Positions 36,479 through 45,902 of a stretch of DNA of 51,723 nucleotides are shown here, piece by piece (the stretch's first letter is position 1; every line of letters begins with the position of its first letter). A program made the position numbers and the translations under genes. The notes beneath the pieces were generated by a model that was given only the letters and a program-made list of their open reading frames with translations, made no database searches and had not been told where the DNA came from. Source of the DNA: Chloroflexia bacterium (GTDB lineage: Bacteria > Chloroflexota > Chloroflexia > QHBQ01 > JADMIH01); NCBI GenBank assembly GCA_045805005.1, contig JBJMMB010000340.1, forward strand, positions 1 to 51,723, in the 5' to 3' direction.

Positions 36479-36488
36479 GGCTATTCCT

Positions 36489-36866
36489 TCACGCCTGCTC
36501 GGGCGCAGCGGCCAGGTTCTCCGCGCCCACGGCACGACGCGCCGCGGACACCTCGCCGAGCACCCACCGGGCATAATCGCCGTTCACCTGCGCGGGCTCG
36601 ATGCGCAAAACGCACGGTATGTCGTAGCTGTGCAATTCACGTATCGCCCCCTCAGCCGCCTGGACACGGGATGCCGCCGTCTTACACAGAAGGACGGTTT
36701 CTTGCTCGTCGACCAGGCGGCCGCCCCAGTAGTAGAGCGACCGGGTCTGGTGGAGGTTAGCGCAGGCGATAAGCTGCCGCTCCAAGAGAGCGCTAGCGAT
36801 CTTCGCGGCCTCTTCTTCGCTGCCGCATGGGCAATATATCAATACAACGTCACCACTTGCGTCCAT
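36489..36866 (-). CDS. cutA: divalent-cation tolerance protein CutA
   Basis: ORF track. VVLIYCPCGSEEEAAKIASALLERQLIACANL...YYWGG...ETVLLCKT...HSYDIPCV is typical CutA1. The stop lies 10 nt before the tatA start. Confidence 0.85.
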   Translation of the reverse strand: MDASGDVVLIYCPCGSEEEAAKIASALLERQLIACANLHQTRSLYYWGGRLVDEQETVLLCKTAASRVQAAEGAIRELHSYDIPCVLRIEPAQVNGDYARWVLGEVSAARRAVGAENLAAAPEQA

Positions 36867-36884
36867 CTGTACCCCTACGTAATC

Positions 36885-36913
36885 ATTATAGCCACCCGCG
36901 CACGACCTGGCAA
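36885..36913 (-). promoter_or_regulatory. sigma70-like promoter TTGCCA-17-TATAAT (minus strand) for cutA-tatA
   Basis: Reverse complement of 36908-36913 is TTGCCA and of 36885-36890 is TATAAT, with a 17-nt spacer. ATG is at 36866. Confidence 0.6.
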
Positions 36914-36951
36914 CCGGAGTTAGAGTGACAATGAGATTTGCGGGGTGCTAA

Positions 36952-37273
36952 GAGATTACAGCGGTTTCCGGTTTTTCCGGTTTTCACCATTTTTGGGGAT
37001 TCTCACGCGTGGAGCGGAGAAAATGGGGAATCGTAGATCATTATCTAATCTTGAGTCAAGACCTGTAAGAAGGGAGAGTTGGGGGCAGCCCAAACCCCCT
37101 GCAGGGAGACCCCTGCACCCCTTGATGGGGAAGGAGGTACTTGGGGGACACCCCCAAACGCCCGGCAGGGAGGGCCCCGCACCCCTCTTGGCCGTTGGGG
37201 AAGGGGTGGTGTTGGGCTCCAATCCCCCAAGTACCTGGCAGGGAGGCAAGTACACCGCTTTTCTGGGGAGCGG
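36952..37273 (-). repeat. composite dispersed repeat, copy B (inverted relative to copy A): core plus three tandem degenerate GC-rich hairpin units of 60-70 nt
   Basis: The core at 36955-37045 is the reverse complement of copy A (15680-15765). Units lie at about 37078-37136, 37137-37206 and 37207-37273. Each contains TTGGGGG...CCCCCAA (for example 37141-57, 7-bp stem) and a CCTGCAGGGAG-like box. Confidence 0.75.
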
Positions 37274-37290
37274 CCCTATTGTCGCGGGGT

Positions 37291-38190
37291 CTAGACGGGG
37301 GCGCTTTTGACGTTGTGCTCGGAGGGCGCGGCCTCTGAGGTAGACGGTGCGGGAATGGGGGCAGGAGTTGGGGCCGGCGCTTGCGACTTTCTGCGTGGTG
37401 GGAGGAGCAGCGCCGTGAACATGATGCCCAGGTAGCCGCAGTAGGCAAGCAACTCAAGCAGGGAGGGTTCGGAAGTATAGCCAACGAGGGCCTGGAGAAT
37501 GGTGCCTGCAGTGCTGGCGGTGGGGATCCATTCGCCGGTGTTCCAGACGGGGTCGATCAGCGCGGGCAGCCAGCCAATCTCCTGGAACTCGTGAATTCCG
37601 TAACGCAATATGGAAGCACCGAAAAAGACCAGCATGAAGCCCGCAATCTTGAAGAAGAGCCGCAGATTAAGCCTTGCGCCCGCTATGTAGACGGCATAGG
37701 CGGCGGCTATAGACAATAGCAGGCCCACGATGCCGCCGAAGAGCGTGGCGGCGCCGGAGGTCTGGAAGGCGGAGGCGGAGAGGAAGAGGGCCGTTTCTAC
37801 GCCCTCGCGGGCCACGGTAAGGAAGGCTACCCCAAAGAGACCCCAGGCGGCGCCGCCCACGAAGCTAGCTTTCATGCTCTGCTCCAGGGCTCCCTTGATG
37901 TAGGGGGCGTGCCGCGACATCCAGAAGATCATATAGGTGAGGATGCCGACCGCAAGCAGGGAAGTCGCGCCCTCGTAGATTGCCTTGGCCGGGTCCTCGA
38001 AGGTGTTGCCAAGGAGGGCCAGGACGACGGTGAAAGCCACGGCCAGGGAAGCCGCCGAGAGGGCTCCGGCCCACACGGCATACCGGTGCTCCAGGCGGCC
38101 CACCTTTTTCAGGTAGCCAAGCATTATGGCTATGATCAGTGCAGCTTCCAGGCCTTCGCGAAACGTCAACACCGCAGCACCGAAATTCAT
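37291..38190 (-). CDS. FTR1/EfeU-family high-affinity iron permease
   Basis: ORF track. Two REXXE motifs (REGLEAALI, REGVETALF), 7 TM-like segments, Pro/Ala-rich tail. Confidence 0.85.
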   Translation of the reverse strand: MNFGAAVLTFREGLEAALIIAIMLGYLKKVGRLEHRYAVWAGALSAASLAVAFTVVLALLGNTFEDPAKAIYEGATSLLAVGILTYMIFWMSRHAPYIKGALEQSMKASFVGGAAWGLFGVAFLTVAREGVETALFLSASAFQTSGAATLFGGIVGLLLSIAAAYAVYIAGARLNLRLFFKIAGFMLVFFGASILRYGIHEFQEIGWLPALIDPVWNTGEWIPTASTAGTILQALVGYTSEPSLLELLAYCGYLGIMFTALLLPPRRKSQAPAPTPAPIPAPSTSEAAPSEHNVKSAPV

Positions 38191-38252
38191 CTATTTACCC
38201 TCTCTCCTGGTGTTCAGTCGTCCAGATCCCATTTCCAGGGACAAGCGAAATG

Positions 38253-38281
38253 AATATACCTTAATTTGAGAGGTATGTCAA
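38253..38281 (-). promoter_or_regulatory. sigma70-like promoter TTGACA-17-TATATT (minus strand) for the FTR1 gene
   Basis: Reverse complement of 38276-38281 is TTGACA and of 38253-38258 is TATATT, with a 17-nt spacer. ATG is at 38190. Confidence 0.65.
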
Positions 38282-38344
38282 GGGGATTTTGCTAGTTAAA
38301 ACAGCCAATATTGTAGAAAAGCGGGTTGTGGTCAGTTGTGGGGC

Positions 38345-38875
38345 TTATTGGCGGCTGCTGCTGACCCAATCTTGGAGCACCAATTGGGTGCTTGGGAACG
38401 CAAGATCCACCCAGGGGACCTCGTCGGGTGTGAAGGCACGGACCTCGAGGGCTTCGTCGGTGGGGGTTGGGCGGGAACCACCCGCTATGAGACGGGCCAG
38501 GTAGACGATGTTGACCGGCGCTCCGGGCCGGGAGTAGACGCCGAAGAGGCCGGTGAGCTCCACCGGGCAGGCAATCTCTTCGATGGTTTCGCGCATGGCT
38601 GCTTCCTCGCTCGACTCGTCAATCTCCTGAAAGCCAGCGGGATATGTCCAGTAGCCGAGGCGAGGCTCGATGCCGCGACGCAGGAGCCAAACGCGGCCGT
38701 CCTCAACCGGCAGGGTCCCGCAAACTACCTTGGGGTTGATATAGTGGATGTAGCCGCAGGAAGCACAGAAGAGCCTCGGACGCAATTCCGTGGCGATTTC
38801 GCCCTCCGTGAGGGCCGCGCCACACACGAGGCAGTAGGTGACGGCGATCATGGCTGTGTGCCACGCCGAGCCCAA
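38345..38875 (-). CDS. Nudix hydrolase with an N-terminal zinc-ribbon
   Basis: ORF track, TTG start; ATG 38851 (MIAVTYCLVCG...) is an alternative. CxxC...CxxC ribbon. Nudix box: GFQEIDESSEEAAMRETIEEIA. Confidence 0.85.
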   Translation of the reverse strand: MGSAWHTAMIAVTYCLVCGAALTEGEIATELRPRLFCASCGYIHYINPKVVCGTLPVEDGRVWLLRRGIEPRLGYWTYPAGFQEIDESSEEAAMRETIEEIACPVELTGLFGVYSRPGAPVNIVYLARLIAGGSRPTPTDEALEVRAFTPDEVPWVDLAFPSTQLVLQDWVSSSRQ

Positions 38876-38926
38876 CGGGAGACTCGCCTGTTATTCCGGC
38901 GTGGGTAAAGCTGTTGCATCGATACT

Positions 38927-38955
38927 AGCTTATGGTAGAACAAAGTGGATGTCAA
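38927..38955 (-). promoter_or_regulatory. sigma70-like promoter TTGACA-17-TAAGCT (minus strand) for the Nudix gene
   Basis: Reverse complement of 38950-38955 is TTGACA and of 38927-38932 is TAAGCT, with a 17-nt spacer. Confidence 0.5.
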
Positions 38956-39071
38956 TGAGCAGGCCAGCGAGCCTCCGGCTGCATCGACGCCGGATAGCAA
39001 GTACAGGTCGACTACTAACATTAGCGAGGATGGAGTAGATAGGGGCTACCCGAAAAATAACCCGTTGGCAC

Positions 39072-39101
39072 TTGCCTAGCGATAAGTCGTTATGTTAGAA
39101 T
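39072..39101 (+). promoter_or_regulatory. possible promoter TTGCCT-18-TAGAAT for the giant membrane-protein gene
   Basis: TTGCCT at 39072-39077, 18-nt spacer, TAGAAT at 39096-39101. TTG start at 39225 with AGGAG 7 nt upstream. Confidence 0.35.
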
Positions 39102-39224
39102 TATCTTTACTGACTGCGTGCTTTGCCATAAAATAGATCGTGTAGTGCTTCTGCGCATCGGCTTACCGTTAGAGCACTCAGTTATTTTTTCTATGCGTAA
39201 TCGGATGACAATTAGGAGCTGCGC

Positions 39225-42200
39225 TTGACTGCCAACCCTCTTGCCCAGAGCCAATCCCCCGTGCCCGCAGGCGGGTACCCGCCCGCCAGCAGGGAAGAGC
39301 CAAAGGAGTCGTTCTGGGTACGATACCGGACGACCATTGCCCTCCTCGCGATCCTGATCCTCGCCGGCTTCTTCCGTTTCTACGGACGCGACTTCGATCA
39401 AGACACCCACCAGCACCCAGACGAGCGGTTCATAGTCGACCAGACCATGGGCCTGACCTGGCCCACGGCCAGCGCGCAGTTCTTCGACGTAGCGAATAGC
39501 CCTCTGAACCTCCGCAGGGCGGGCAAACATTACCCGTACGGCTCGCTCCCTGTGTACCTGACCAAGGGAGTGGCGTGGGCCTGGGACCAGTACGTGCCGC
39601 GCACCGACATTCATCCGGCGGGGTGGTGGTTGGGCTACGAGGGGATCACCAAGATCGGGCGCATGCTGGCCGCGCTGTTCGACCTCATAACGGTATTGCT
39701 GGTCTTTCTTATAGCGAGGCGGCTATACTCGCGCACGGCGGGATTGATAGCGGCGGCCCTGGTGGGCTTCGCCGTTACGCATATACAGATCGCACACTTC
39801 TACGCATCCGACGCTTTCCTGGTGACCTTCATGATGGGGGCCCTCTATTTCGCGGTGGTCCTTATGCAAAGGCCTTCATGGCGCGCGGCCGTGGGGGTTG
39901 GCCTCTGCCTCGGGTTGGCGGTGGCCAGTAAGGTGTCGGTGGTATTGTTCGCCGTCATCGTGATAGCGGCCATCGCCCTGAGAGCCGGCTACCGGAAGAA
40001 GACCCGCGCCCTGGGCGCCGAGTTCGATGATCCTATCGGGGTCAAGCCCGCGAGCGCCGCCGAGCGCGAGATGTCGGGCACACAGCACTTCATTCGGGGC
40101 CTGCGCTATTTAGTGATAGCAGGGGTCTGCGCCTTACTGGCCTTCGCCATCTCCGAGCCGTACGTGCTGCCCAGCTTCCAGTACTCCGCTTTCAGCGAGG
40201 GCGGCGTGCAGGCGGTGCTGAACTCCAGCCCGTTCTGGGGCGGGATCGTGGAGCAGGCGGGGATACAGAGCGGCCACGACGAGAACGACGTGCCCTACAC
40301 GCGGCAGTACGTGGGCACCATCCCCATCCTCTACCACATGCAGAACCTGGTCTTCTGGGGCATGAGCCCGATTCCAGGGGTGATAGTGGTCCTGGGCTTC
40401 CTTGTAGGACTCTGGTACGCCATTAAGCGCAGGCCAGCGGAAATATTGCTCCTGGCCGGGGCCATACCATACTGGGCCACGATCCTGATAGTCGAGACCA
40501 AGTGGATGCGCTATGTGCTGCCGCTTGTGCCCATCTACTGCATACTCGGAGCCGCCATGCTCATGCGCGGGGCCGCGTTGATGCGAAAGCTGAGCGCGCG
40601 CTCACCGTGGCTGCGCACCAGTCGCAGGCCGATGGCCGTGGTACAGCGGAACCTATTCGCCATCGTAAGTGCGGTGGCTGTCGGGGCCGCGTTCCTGTGG
40701 GCCGTGGCCTTCATGAACATCTACAGCCAGGAGCACTCGCGGGTGCAGGCATCGCGCTGGATCATGGACTTTCTGCCGACCACAATCCAGGCGGCCGGTG
40801 CTGATCGCCCGGCGATTGGAAGCAAAGAGGGATGGGACGACGAGCTTCCACTGGGAGTGCCGCCCAAGGAGGGTGAGCCCCCGCGCCAGGTTGGTGCGTT
40901 GGGGCCAAAGACCGAGTTCGGTTTATATGACGACAGGCCGGGCGACGCCGAACTACAATACATTCAAGAGCAACTCTCCAAAACCGATTACATATATATC
41001 GCAAGCAACCGGATATACGGGTCGATCAGGCACCTTCCATGGCGCTACCCCGTTCAGGACAAATTCTACGAGCTACTCTACGAGGGCAAGCTCGGCTTCG
41101 AACTGGTGCACACGCAGATGGTGACGCCGCAACTGCTCGGCATAAACTTCCCCGACCAGACGGCGGATGAGAGCTTCACCGTTTATGACCACCCGAGGGT
41201 GGACGTGTTCAAGAAGAACACCGATGTCACGGCCGATCAACTCCATATCCTGTTCCAGTCGGCCCTGACAGCTGTTACAAGGCCGGGCACCAACTACAGC
41301 ACGGCCCGACACGGCACCGTCACCGACGACCTGTCGCTTGCATACGACGTGCCCATCGCCAAGCTGGGGGACCTGAACGACTACGCGTGGAACCCCCTAG
41401 CCCAGCCTGACACGCAATGGCTGGCCGTTATTCTCTGGTTCCTGGCGATACAAGTGGTGGGCATCGTAGCCCTGCCCCTCGTGCTAATTATCTGCCGCAG
41501 GCTGCCCGACAGGGGCTATCCGCTAGCGAAGCTGGTGGGCCTTCTGCTCCTTGCCTGGGGCGTATGGACCGTTTCCAGCGCGAAGCTAATACCCTTTACC
41601 GTGTGGGGCGTCGCGTTCATGCTCGCGCTGCTGGCCGGCCTATCGTGGCTCTGCTGGCGGCTGGGGGCGCGCGCCTTGTGGGTTGAGTTGTACGCAAACA
41701 AGAAGCGGCTGATCGTCTTCTATGAGGTAATCTTCCTCGCGGCGTTCCTGGCGTTCCTTTTCGTGCGCATGCTCAACCCGGACCTGTGGCACCCGTCGCT
41801 CGGCGGCGAGAAGCCAATGGAGTTCGGGTTCCTGAACGCGGTGCTCCGCACGCCCTGGATGCCCCCGGCCGATCCCTTCTTCGCGCAGGGCTACGTCAAC
41901 TACTACTACTACGGTCAATTCATCATGGGCGTGATGATGAAGCTGATCGGGGTGGACCCCGGCCTCGGTATCAACCTGGCGATCCCCATGCTCTACGGCC
42001 TCACTTTCACGGCGGGCGCGAGCATCGTCTACAACATCGTGGCACGCGCTCAGAGGGGGAGAGGAAGCGAGCATGCCGTTTCGAGAGCGGGGATGGCCTT
42101 CGGGTTCCTCTCAGGCTTCCTTATGCTGGCCATCGGTAACATGGGTGGGGCCTATGAGTTGCTAGTTATCTGGAGGCCCGATCTCGCTGCTAAAGCTGTG

Positions 42201-45200
42201 GAGTTCGCTCGACAACTCGGCTTTACAGAGCAGTCCATCGTAACTCCGCCCCTGCGCGAGTTTGACTTCTGGGGGCCGAGCCGAATCGTGGCCCATACTA
42301 TCAACGAGTTCCCCTTCTGGAGCTTCCTCTTCGCCGACTTCCACCCGCACCTCATCGATATGCCGTTCACTCTGCTCATGGCGGCGCTGTGCCTCAACCT
42401 GGCCTTCGCAGGTCCGTTCAGGAGCCCCGCGGAGAGGGTAGCGGGGGCAACTCTAACGTCGAGGATCGGGGCCGCCTTTAGCTGGCTCTGGGGCGAAGGC
42501 TGGTCGGGGGCGCTGATGTTCGGAGTGACCGCGGTGGGGCTGGGCACACTTTTCGCGACCAACTCTTGGGACTTCCCGACCTTCGCAGCCGTCGCGGGCG
42601 GGGCCATTTTGATCGCGTTGCTCCTTGCCGGATCGAAGCGGTCAGGGCAGGCCGAGGCTAGGGGAGAGGTATCCGGCACGGCAGCCCTCGAAGAGCCCTC
42701 CACCCGCAAGCTGGACCGCAGCGACCGAGTGGCCCTGTGGGGCACCGGGATCGTCACCCTGGGTCTCCTGGCTGCGGGTTCGCTGTTGGCCTGCCTGCCC
42801 TTCTTGCTCAGTTTCAAGAACGTCTTGAAGCTGGAAGTGCGCCCTCTGGTTGACGGAGGTGTAATCCCAGATACCAGCGAGATCATGCACCGAACCACTG
42901 TTGGGGAGTACCTGATGATCTGGGTGCTCTTCGTATTCGTGGCAAGCTGCTACCTGATAGCGCGGCTGTGGGCGTTCCCCTGGCGGGCGGCGGCGAGCGA
43001 ACTTGGCCGGATGGTCGGCATAGGAGGCCCGTCGCCATCGCGCACCATGGTACCGGAGGGCGCGGCGGCGTTTTCACTGATGCCGGCCCACGAGGGGCGG
43101 CTGGTGCCCGCGATGGCAGGAGCCTCTCCGGCGGGCATGAGCATAGGCGCATCGCCGCCCATCACTATTGGCCCAAGCCCAATGGCGTTTTCTGCGGAGC
43201 GCGGAGACGGCGATGGCCTGACCACCGAGCCCGTACAATACGACGATAACGACCGCGAGGACTCCGGTCCCGAGGGCCGGTCAGGAAGGGGCGTGGAGGT
43301 GCTCGACGCCCAGCCGGCGTCCGATGAGGCGTATGACTTCAGCGCTTCGTCGCTAGGCATCCCGGAGCCCGCCAGTGTGGGCGCTGATATGCCATCGAAC
43401 GGTGCGGCAGGCAGCATGGAGACCTACCCCGCTGACGGAAACGGCCATGTGCCGGACGGGCACGCCGTTGTGGCCGGGAACTGGCTCGCGGAGGCTCACC
43501 AGCAGAGCCAGGCGGTAGTGGCTCCCGTGCAGCGGCCCGAGTCGCCAGGCGTCATTCCGCTGTGGGCCGGGCTCGGACTGCTTGGGCTTACAGTCGCTTT
43601 GGTCGGCCTGCAGTTAGCGACCGGGCAATGGCTGCTGGCTCTTCTGGCGGCGCTGGCGGGCGGCATCATGGCTACCAGCCTCGCCACCTCGCGCTCGGCG
43701 TCGGCCCTCACCACAAGTATGCTGCTCTTCGCCGCGCTGGCGGTGTCAGCGGGTGTTGAAGTCGTCTATCTTGCCGACCACCTCCGGGGCGGCGACATGT
43801 ACCGCATGAACACGGTATTCAAGTTCTACATTCAAGTCTGGCTGCTCTACGGCGCGGGTTCGGCGGCGGCCATATACTACATCCTCTACGGTGTGCGCGA
43901 GCGTATGCCGGAATCGAAAAGGCGCAGCGACACCGCGACGGCCATGGCGGCTCCCGCCGCCGTAGCATACGGCCAGGGAGGCGAGGCGCCGGTGACCGGC
44001 GAGGGCATGGCGCCCGCGGCGGTTGTAGGCGCGGAGATGATGCAGGAGGCATGGAGTGACGGCAGCAGCTCGCAGGTGCCGGTGGAGATTGCGCCCGTGG
44101 ACGGCACAGGCGGCATCGAAGCGAACGGCAACAGCAACGGTACGCCTTCTGTTTCGGAAGCCGGTGAGCAGGTGCCCTGGGCGGGCCAGACTATACCACT
44201 GGTCGCCGGGAGCGCAGAGAGCGTTGCTCCGGTTCTAGAAGAGGGGGACAGCGCGGCTGCCGCCGGGCCGACGGCCAACGGCGACGTACCGCCCGCCCTC
44301 GCGGCAGAGAGCACACCGGCGCCCACCCGTACTGGGCCGCTCCACAACTGGCTTGTGTGGTCCGACGAGGACACGGAGTTGGGCGAGGAGAGCCCGGCTG
44401 CCGCGCCCCAGGACGTGTCGCCCGCTCCTGTGCAGGAGCAGCGGCACATTGAAGTGCTGCCACCCGCACCGCCAGCACCGGCGCCCAGCTATGTCATGCC
44501 TGTGGCGGAAAATCCAACGATGACGGTTGGGCCGAAGCTGAAAATGACCCCTGTAAAGATTGCCTTCTCGGTTGGGTTCCTGGTGCTGCTGGCGATGGCG
44601 CTGACCTTCACCTGGAACGGGACAATTGACCGCGTGAGCGCGGGCAAGCGCTTCCCGCAGCCGCCGGCCTTCGGTACGCTCGACGGGAGGGCGTATATGG
44701 AGACGGGCCAGTATGGGCCGATAAACAGCGGCACAAATGAGTCGCCCGGCTCGGTGATGATCAACCTGAAGTACGACTATGAAGCCATCCAATGGCTCAA
44801 CCAGCACGTGCCCGGTCTCAGAGTTATTATGGAAGGGCCCTACGAGTACTACCGCGACGGCGGCATGCGCGTGGCGGCCAACACCGGCCTGCCGATGATC
44901 GTGGGCGGCCTGCACCAGGGTGAGCAGCGCTACGATTGGCTGGTCGGGGAGCGCGACGGGGACGCGAGGACCCTGCTGACCACCCAGGACCCGCAGGTGG
45001 CGCTGACTATCCTCAGCAAATACGACGTGGACTACATCTACCTGGGCCAATTGGAGCAGGCGCGCGCCGGGGCAGGGCTGGCGAAGTTCGCCCAACTGGC
45101 CGACCCTAAAGTGGGCGTGCTCACCGAGGTCTTCAGGAGCCAGACCCCCAGCGGTATCAAGGGGACGATCATTTACCAGGTTAACAAGGGCGACAAGGCC

Positions 45201-45818
45201 CCAAGCAAACTGGTGGGTGCGCCGGTTCAAGGCTCAGGCGTGGCCGGAGTGTCGATCACACCGCTGCCCACAATGACCCCCACCCCGGTGCCGACGCCGC
45301 CCACGAACAACCCCGAGTTGAAGGGCTTGATGGCCGCCGTGGCGGCCGATCCCACAAACGTCGACACGCACATGAAGCTGGTCGATTGGTATCGCAGCAA
45401 TAACTACTGGCCCGATGCCGTCCGCGAACTGGAGGCCCTTGTGGTCCAACGGCCGCAGGACATCGCAGTGAGGCACCAGCTTGGCGACGCCTACGATCAG
45501 CTCGGGCAGAAGGACAACGCCCTGAAGGCTTATATAGACGCCCGTGACATCGATCCGAAGAACGCCGCCGGCCACAATAAGTTAGGCATCGCGTATCTCG
45601 ATCGCCACAAGTACGACGACGCCGAGAAATCGTTCAACGCCGCGGTCCAAGCCGACCCTGCATTCACCGAGGCGTACCTCCACCTTGCAGAGGTGTACGT
45701 CCAGAAGGGCAACGTGCCCAAAGCCAAAGAGGCCCTGCAATCGGCCATCGACAAAGCCAAGGAGCCCGATGATCCGTGGGCCAAGGAAGCGCGTACGCGC
45801 CTGGCGGGGATGAAGTAG
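39225..45818 (+). CDS. 2197-aa polytopic membrane protein: N-terminal GT-C (PMT_2/ArnT-like) module, DUF2298 'YYY' module with two long low-complexity inserts, and C-terminal TPR repeats
   Basis: ORF track, TTG start. GT-C-like first loop: FRFYGRDFDQDTHQHPDERFIV. DUF2298 motifs shared with the next gene: LPDRGYPLAKL, YVNYYYYGQF, FPFWSFLFADFHPHLIDMP, MNTVFKFYIQVWLLYG, LSKYDVDYIYLGQLE. TPR-like tail: AVRELEALVVQRPQDIAVRHQLGDAYDQLGQKDNALKAY... Confidence 0.85.
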   Translation: MTANPLAQSQSPVPAGGYPPASREEPKESFWVRYRTTIALLAILILAGFFRFYGRDFDQDTHQHPDERFIVDQTMGLTWPTASAQFFDVANSPLNLRRAGKHYPYGSLPVYLTKGVAWAWDQYVPRTDIHPAGWWLGYEGITKIGRMLAALFDLITVLLVFLIARRLYSRTAGLIAAALVGFAVTHIQIAHFYASDAFLVTFMMGALYFAVVLMQRPSWRAAVGVGLCLGLAVASKVSVVLFAVIVIAAIALRAGYRKKTRALGAEFDDPIGVKPASAAEREMSGTQHFIRGLRYLVIAGVCALLAFAISEPYVLPSFQYSAFSEGGVQAVLNSSPFWGGIVEQAGIQSGHDENDVPYTRQYVGTIPILYHMQNLVFWGMSPIPGVIVVLGFLVGLWYAIKRRPAEILLLAGAIPYWATILIVETKWMRYVLPLVPIYCILGAAMLMRGAALMRKLSARSPWLRTSRRPMAVVQRNLFAIVSAVAVGAAFLWAVAFMNIYSQEHSRVQASRWIMDFLPTTIQAAGADRPAIGSKEGWDDELPLGVPPKEGEPPRQVGALGPKTEFGLYDDRPGDAELQYIQEQLSKTDYIYIASNRIYGSIRHLPWRYPVQDKFYELLYEGKLGFELVHTQMVTPQLLGINFPDQTADESFTVYDHPRVDVFKKNTDVTADQLHILFQSALTAVTRPGTNYSTARHGTVTDDLSLAYDVPIAKLGDLNDYAWNPLAQPDTQWLAVILWFLAIQVVGIVALPLVLIICRRLPDRGYPLAKLVGLLLLAWGVWTVSSAKLIPFTVWGVAFMLALLAGLSWLCWRLGARALWVELYANKKRLIVFYEVIFLAAFLAFLFVRMLNPDLWHPSLGGEKPMEFGFLNAVLRTPWMPPADPFFAQGYVNYYYYGQFIMGVMMKLIGVDPGLGINLAIPMLYGLTFTAGASIVYNIVARAQRGRGSEHAVSRAGMAFGFLSGFLMLAIGNMGGAYELLVIWRPDLAAKAVEFARQLGFTEQSIVTPPLREFDFWGPSRIVAHTINEFPFWSFLFADFHPHLIDMPFTLLMAALCLNLAFAGPFRSPAERVAGATLTSRIGAAFSWLWGEGWSGALMFGVTAVGLGTLFATNSWDFPTFAAVAGGAILIALLLAGSKRSGQAEARGEVSGTAALEEPSTRKLDRSDRVALWGTGIVTLGLLAAGSLLACLPFLLSFKNVLKLEVRPLVDGGVIPDTSEIMHRTTVGEYLMIWVLFVFVASCYLIARLWAFPWRAAASELGRMVGIGGPSPSRTMVPEGAAAFSLMPAHEGRLVPAMAGASPAGMSIGASPPITIGPSPMAFSAERGDGDGLTTEPVQYDDNDREDSGPEGRSGRGVEVLDAQPASDEAYDFSASSLGIPEPASVGADMPSNGAAGSMETYPADGNGHVPDGHAVVAGNWLAEAHQQSQAVVAPVQRPESPGVIPLWAGLGLLGLTVALVGLQLATGQWLLALLAALAGGIMATSLATSRSASALTTSMLLFAALAVSAGVEVVYLADHLRGGDMYRMNTVFKFYIQVWLLYGAGSAAAIYYILYGVRERMPESKRRSDTATAMAAPAAVAYGQGGEAPVTGEGMAPAAVVGAEMMQEAWSDGSSSQVPVEIAPVDGTGGIEANGNSNGTPSVSEAGEQVPWAGQTIPLVAGSAESVAPVLEEGDSAAAAGPTANGDVPPALAAESTPAPTRTGPLHNWLVWSDEDTELGEESPAAAPQDVSPAPVQEQRHIEVLPPAPPAPAPSYVMPVAENPTMTVGPKLKMTPVKIAFSVGFLVLLAMALTFTWNGTIDRVSAGKRFPQPPAFGTLDGRAYMETGQYGPINSGTNESPGSVMINLKYDYEAIQWLNQHVPGLRVIMEGPYEYYRDGGMRVAANTGLPMIVGGLHQGEQRYDWLVGERDGDARTLLTTQDPQVALTILSKYDVDYIYLGQLEQARAGAGLAKFAQLADPKVGVLTEVFRSQTPSGIKGTIIYQVNKGDKAPSKLVGAPVQGSGVAGVSITPLPTMTPTPVPTPPTNNPELKGLMAAVAADPTNVDTHMKLVDWYRSNNYWPDAVRELEALVVQRPQDIAVRHQLGDAYDQLGQKDNALKAYIDARDIDPKNAAGHNKLGIAYLDRHKYDDAEKSFNAAVQADPAFTEAYLHLAEVYVQKGNVPKAKEALQSAIDKAKEPDDPWAKEARTRLAGMK

Positions 45819-45882
45819 TTACGAATTACGAATTACGAATTACGAATTACGATGCAGCCACTTGGTAATTCGTAATTCGTAA
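45819..45882. repeat. inverted heptamer arrays TTACGAA x5 and TAATTCG x2.5 forming an 18-bp perfect hairpin between the two DUF2298 genes
   Basis: TTACGAA units begin at 45819, immediately after the stop TAG at 45816-45818. 45833-45850 (TTACGAATTACGAATTAC) is the exact reverse complement of 45865-45882. The loop is 14 nt (GATGCAGCCACTTG). Confidence 0.85.
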
Positions 45883-45902
45883 TGAGCGAAGCGAGGGGCA
45901 GC

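Noticed and set aside
37078-37273. Possible CRISPR array (repeated GC-rich palindromic units).
   Set aside because: The units are contiguous, 60-70 nt long and degenerate. There are no unique spacers between short identical repeats, and no cas genes anywhere in the window.
38191-38344. Fur or DtxR/IdeR operator at the FTR1 iron-permease promoter.
   Set aside because: I could not find a convincing match to GATAATGATAATCATTATC or TTAGGTTAGCCTAACCTAA around the -35/-10 region by eye.
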